DNA of 26,894 bases from positions 64,001 to 90,894 of the IMG/VR virus record IMGVR_UViG_3300035507_000297; one strand, given 5' to 3'. The stretch comes from a virus. Taxonomy: Duplodnaviria > Heunggongvirae > Uroviricota > Caudoviricetes. Below, in pieces: positions 24,222 to 26,894 of the stretch. Made by a program: the position numbers and the translations under genes. The notes under the pieces were generated by a model, which made no database searches, had not been told where the DNA came from, and worked only from the letters and a program-made list of their open reading frames with translations. Position 1 is the stretch's first letter. Each line of letters opens with the position of its first letter.

Positions 24222-25997
24222 ATGGCTGATATAAATAAGGAAATAGCTTTACAAGCGGAAGAATCTAACTTTGGAAAAGGAATATCTGTTGCAAGTGGAT
24301 TTGATTTAGGTGCAAAATCACCTCTTGACTCTAGGGATGTTGTTGCGACAATAGAAGAAAGAAATGCACATGTGACAGGAAACAGAGCATACGAAGGTAT
24401 GGTTGTGTATGTGCAAAATGAAGGAATAGCATATAGATATAAAGATGGAGAATGGGAAGAAGACGGATTTAGTCAATCTAAATTCAACGAGGCAATAGCT
24501 CCGATTGAAGAAAGGATAACTGCGGTTGAGGTTGTAAATACTACTCAAAATACTCGCTTAGAAACATTAGAAGATTTAGTTGTTGGTGGCGAAGGTGAAG
24601 GTTTATCTGCTGTAATAGGTGATATAGCAACTATTAAAACTAATTTAGAAAAAGAAGTAGAAGATAGAACGACTGCTGATACTAATTTAGAAACTAAAGT
24701 TAATGAACTTGATGCTGCGTATAAAAATGCTGATATAGAAATAAAAGGTAGATTAGATTCATTAGAAACAAATACTTCTGATTTAGAGCAAATGAGATTT
24801 GATATAGAGACTAATACTTCTGCAATAGCACAAGAAGTTAGTGATAGAGTGGCGGCTATTAAAACTGTTGAAGGTAAAATAGATGCAGAAGTTGCACGTG
24901 CAAAAGAAGTAGAGGGACAATTAGATTCAAAGATAACTTCGGCTAATGAAAAAATTGATGAATCGTTAAATACTGCTAAGGCTGATGCTACTACAAAAGC
25001 CAACCAAGCATTAACTGATGCAAAAGCATTTACGACAGAAGAAATAGGAAAAGTTAATACTACTATAAGTAATTTAGATGGTAGAGTTGAAGAATTAGAA
25101 GGAGAAGTTGCATTAGTAGAAAGTAAGATTGATACTGCTAAAAATGCGGCAATAGAATCTTCAAAGAGTTATACTGATACTGAAATAGGAAAAATAGATG
25201 CGGCTTATAAAGAGGCTGATACAACTACTTTAAATTCTGCGAATGCTTATACTGATGGTAAAGTTAGTGAAGTTAAAACTAGTTTAGAAACTTCTATAAA
25301 TGGTGTTGATACTAAAGTTGGTGCTTTAACAACTAGAGTTAGTGATAATGAAAATGAAATTGCAAATTTAAAGAATGTTATATCTAATAAAAATAGTAAT
25401 ACTATAATAGTTGAAAAATTTGAAGATATAGCACAAGCAAATAGCACACCTCTTGTTGGGGATAAAGCGTTTGTTATAAGTGATACTGTAAAAAGAGGGT
25501 ATATATATAACGGAACTAGCTGGATAGTATTTGATGAAGTTTCAACTGATACTGATTTAGTTGATTACTTAAAGAAAACTGATGCAGAAGGTATATATAG
25601 AAAACTTGAAACAAAAATAAATGAAAATGATTTAGATGCTAACCTTGCAACTAAGATAGATGATAAAGCAGATAAAACTTATGTAGATACTGAAATTGCT
25701 AAAAAGACAGATGAAAAATATGTTGATAATAAAGTTTTAGAAGTTTCTAATGAACTTAGTGGACAAATTTCAACTGTTAAAAGTGATTTAACACAAGAAG
25801 TTACAGATAGAACAAGTGCTATTGATGAAGTTAAGAAGAGTATAAGTGGTGTAAGTGAAGAATTAGCAAGTGTTCAAAGTGCTTTAACAACTAAAGATAC
25901 AGAATTAAATCAAAAGATGGATAATTTAACAACTGTTTTAAGCAAGACTGAACCTGCTAATGCTTTAGCTGGATGTGTGTGGCTTGAATTAATTTAA
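24222..25997 (+). CDS. Putative long trimeric fibre protein (591 aa)
   Basis: RBS AGGAGG. N-terminal GFDL.A..PLDSR.VV.T..ER module, ~350-aa coiled coil with YTD/YVD neck motifs, a second small beta module, and C-terminal SKTEP.NA..G.VWLE. Confidence 0.6.
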   Translation: MADINKEIALQAEESNFGKGISVASGFDLGAKSPLDSRDVVATIEERNAHVTGNRAYEGMVVYVQNEGIAYRYKDGEWEEDGFSQSKFNEAIAPIEERITAVEVVNTTQNTRLETLEDLVVGGEGEGLSAVIGDIATIKTNLEKEVEDRTTADTNLETKVNELDAAYKNADIEIKGRLDSLETNTSDLEQMRFDIETNTSAIAQEVSDRVAAIKTVEGKIDAEVARAKEVEGQLDSKITSANEKIDESLNTAKADATTKANQALTDAKAFTTEEIGKVNTTISNLDGRVEELEGEVALVESKIDTAKNAAIESSKSYTDTEIGKIDAAYKEADTTTLNSANAYTDGKVSEVKTSLETSINGVDTKVGALTTRVSDNENEIANLKNVISNKNSNTIIVEKFEDIAQANSTPLVGDKAFVISDTVKRGYIYNGTSWIVFDEVSTDTDLVDYLKKTDAEGIYRKLETKINENDLDANLATKIDDKADKTYVDTEIAKKTDEKYVDNKVLEVSNELSGQISTVKSDLTQEVTDRTSAIDEVKKSISGVSEELASVQSALTTKDTELNQKMDNLTTVLSKTEPANALAGCVWLELI

Positions 25998-26058
25998 GAT
26001 AGGTTTAAATGATTATTTAAAATAACTATTTAAAGCAATTATTATATAAAAATATATT

Positions 26059-26099
26059 AGAGATAATGTTTAGGTAATATTAAGCATTATCTCTTTTTT
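26059..26099 (+). terminator. Terminator after the 591-aa gene
   Basis: AGAGATAATGTTTA / TAAGCATTATCTCT, one G-U pair, 8-nt loop, followed by TTTTT. Confidence 0.75.
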
Positions 26100-26114
26100 A
26101 TAGGTGATGAATAT

Positions 26115-26291
26115 ATGAAATTTTTAAATAAAATAGAGATTTCTGATTTAAGCCAGATTGTGGGGCTTGAAGAAGAATTGGATAAAAAATGTGATATTTC
26201 AGATTTGAAAAAACAAGTTGTGTTAAGTAAAACTAAGCCAAGTAATGCTTTAGATGGAAGTGTGTGGCTTGAAAAAATAGATGTTGATTAA
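26115..26291 (+). CDS. 58-aa mini-fibre-like protein (not in the ORF track)
   Basis: RBS AGGTGA. MKFLNKIEISDLSQIVGLEEELDKKCDISDLKKQVVLSKTKPSNALDGSVWLEKIDVD*. Has an I.GL...LD.K tail-repeat-like motif and the same C-terminal cap as the 591-aa protein. Confidence 0.7.
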   Translation: MKFLNKIEISDLSQIVGLEEELDKKCDISDLKKQVVLSKTKPSNALDGSVWLEKIDVD

Positions 26292-26302
26292 AAGGAGGAG
26301 TT

Positions 26303-26894
26303 ATGGCGACTAAAGTTAAATATAATTTTAAAAATTCAGATGGAACATTTACTACTATTCATCCTGAAACTAGTGCAGATTTAGTTAAATTTACGGATGG
26401 GAGTAATATACAAGAATTATATGATAATGGAGATTTAAGTGGTATCAAGACGGTTGAAAATGAAACTGAAAGAGATAATCTTGTAGTGACTAAAAATGGT
26501 ACGATTTGCTATGTAATTTCAAAGGACGCATACTATAAATACAAAGATGGTTTATGGGAGGAAGGATTTGGAATTGGTGGTGGTAGTGGGGGAGTAGTTA
26601 CAGAAGTTACTCTTGAAACTACACAAAATACTGAATTTCAAGTTGCTTTAAATTCAACAGTTCAGATAAATTTTAATTATGATACAACTGGAAGTAGTAA
26701 ATATGGAAGGCTTAAAATAAATGTAAATAGTACATTAGTTAAGACGGAGAGAATTAATACTGGATATAATACTGTTGATATTACTAAATATTTAAAATCT
26801 GGAAGTAATGTTGTTGAAATTATTGTTGAAGATGCGTATGGTACTACTGGATTTTTAACTTATGATATAAATGTTATTGAACTTAGTATATCTT
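26303..26894 (+). CDS. N-terminus of a large virion/fibre-like protein (partial, runs off the window; not in the ORF track)
   Basis: RBS AAAGGAGG, open for 197 codons to the window end: MATKVKYNFKNSDGTFTTIHPETSADLV...TVENETERDNL...YKYKDGLWEEGFGIGGGSGG, then an Ig-like segment (INFNYDTTG...TGYNTVDITKYLKSGSNVVEIIVEDAYG). Confidence 0.8.
   Translation, partial: MATKVKYNFKNSDGTFTTIHPETSADLVKFTDGSNIQELYDNGDLSGIKTVENETERDNLVVTKNGTICYVISKDAYYKYKDGLWEEGFGIGGGSGGVVTEVTLETTQNTEFQVALNSTVQINFNYDTTGSSKYGRLKINVNSTLVKTERINTGYNTVDITKYLKSGSNVVEIIVEDAYGTTGFLTYDINVIELSIS

Larger units (their letters stand above)
1..26894 (+). mobile_element. Phage/prophage structural and lysis module of a large SPbeta/c-st-like siphovirus; both ends lie outside the window
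   Basis: Co-oriented run of head, neck, tail, tape measure, baseplate, holin and endolysin genes. Sizes 375/149/329/~208/140/338/170/252/166 aa follow the order I recall for SPbeta yonD-yonC-yonB-yonA-yomZ...yomU. No att site or integrase is visible, so phage versus prophage cannot be decided. Confidence 0.93.

Noticed and set aside
2490-25447. Minus-strand and alternative-frame ORFs in the supplied track (e.g. 5762-6136, 16159-16665, 24545-25003)
   Set aside because: All lie within long + strand genes, show the Ser/Leu/Ile/Phe bias of antisense shadows, and have no recognisable motifs.
1-26894. Stop-codon reassignment, introns or inteins in structural genes
   Set aside because: Genes are full length and tightly packed under the standard code, with TAA, TAG and TGA all used as real stops. 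No homing endonuclease or intein motifs were seen.

Overview
This very AT-rich window is entirely + strand coding. It is the virion morphogenesis and lysis region of a large siphovirus-type phage or prophage of a low-GC Firmicute (Clostridia-like). Gene order and sizes match the SPbeta/c-st-like layout: 3' end of a probable portal gene, small protein, prohead protease/scaffold, head decoration protein, major capsid protein, head completion/neck genes, short tail tube, chaperone, gp10-like protein, ~2440-aa tape measure, Dit, Tal-like hub, S74-chaperoned central fibre, BppU-like protein, holin and Amidase_2 endolysin. After the lysis genes comes a second cluster of at least five fibre-like genes built from shuffled shared modules, and it runs off the window edge. 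Four ORFs missing from the supplied track were found (1-108 partial, 20226-20381, 26115-26291, 26303-end partial). The non-coding signals of most interest are a terminator with a competing or pseudoknot pairing just before the tape measure RBS, a 19-nt motif repeated after two terminators, and repeats upstream of the holin. No rRNA, tRNA, CRISPR array, integrase, transposase or reverse transcriptase was recognised. All family assignments come from motif recall and synteny, not from database searches.
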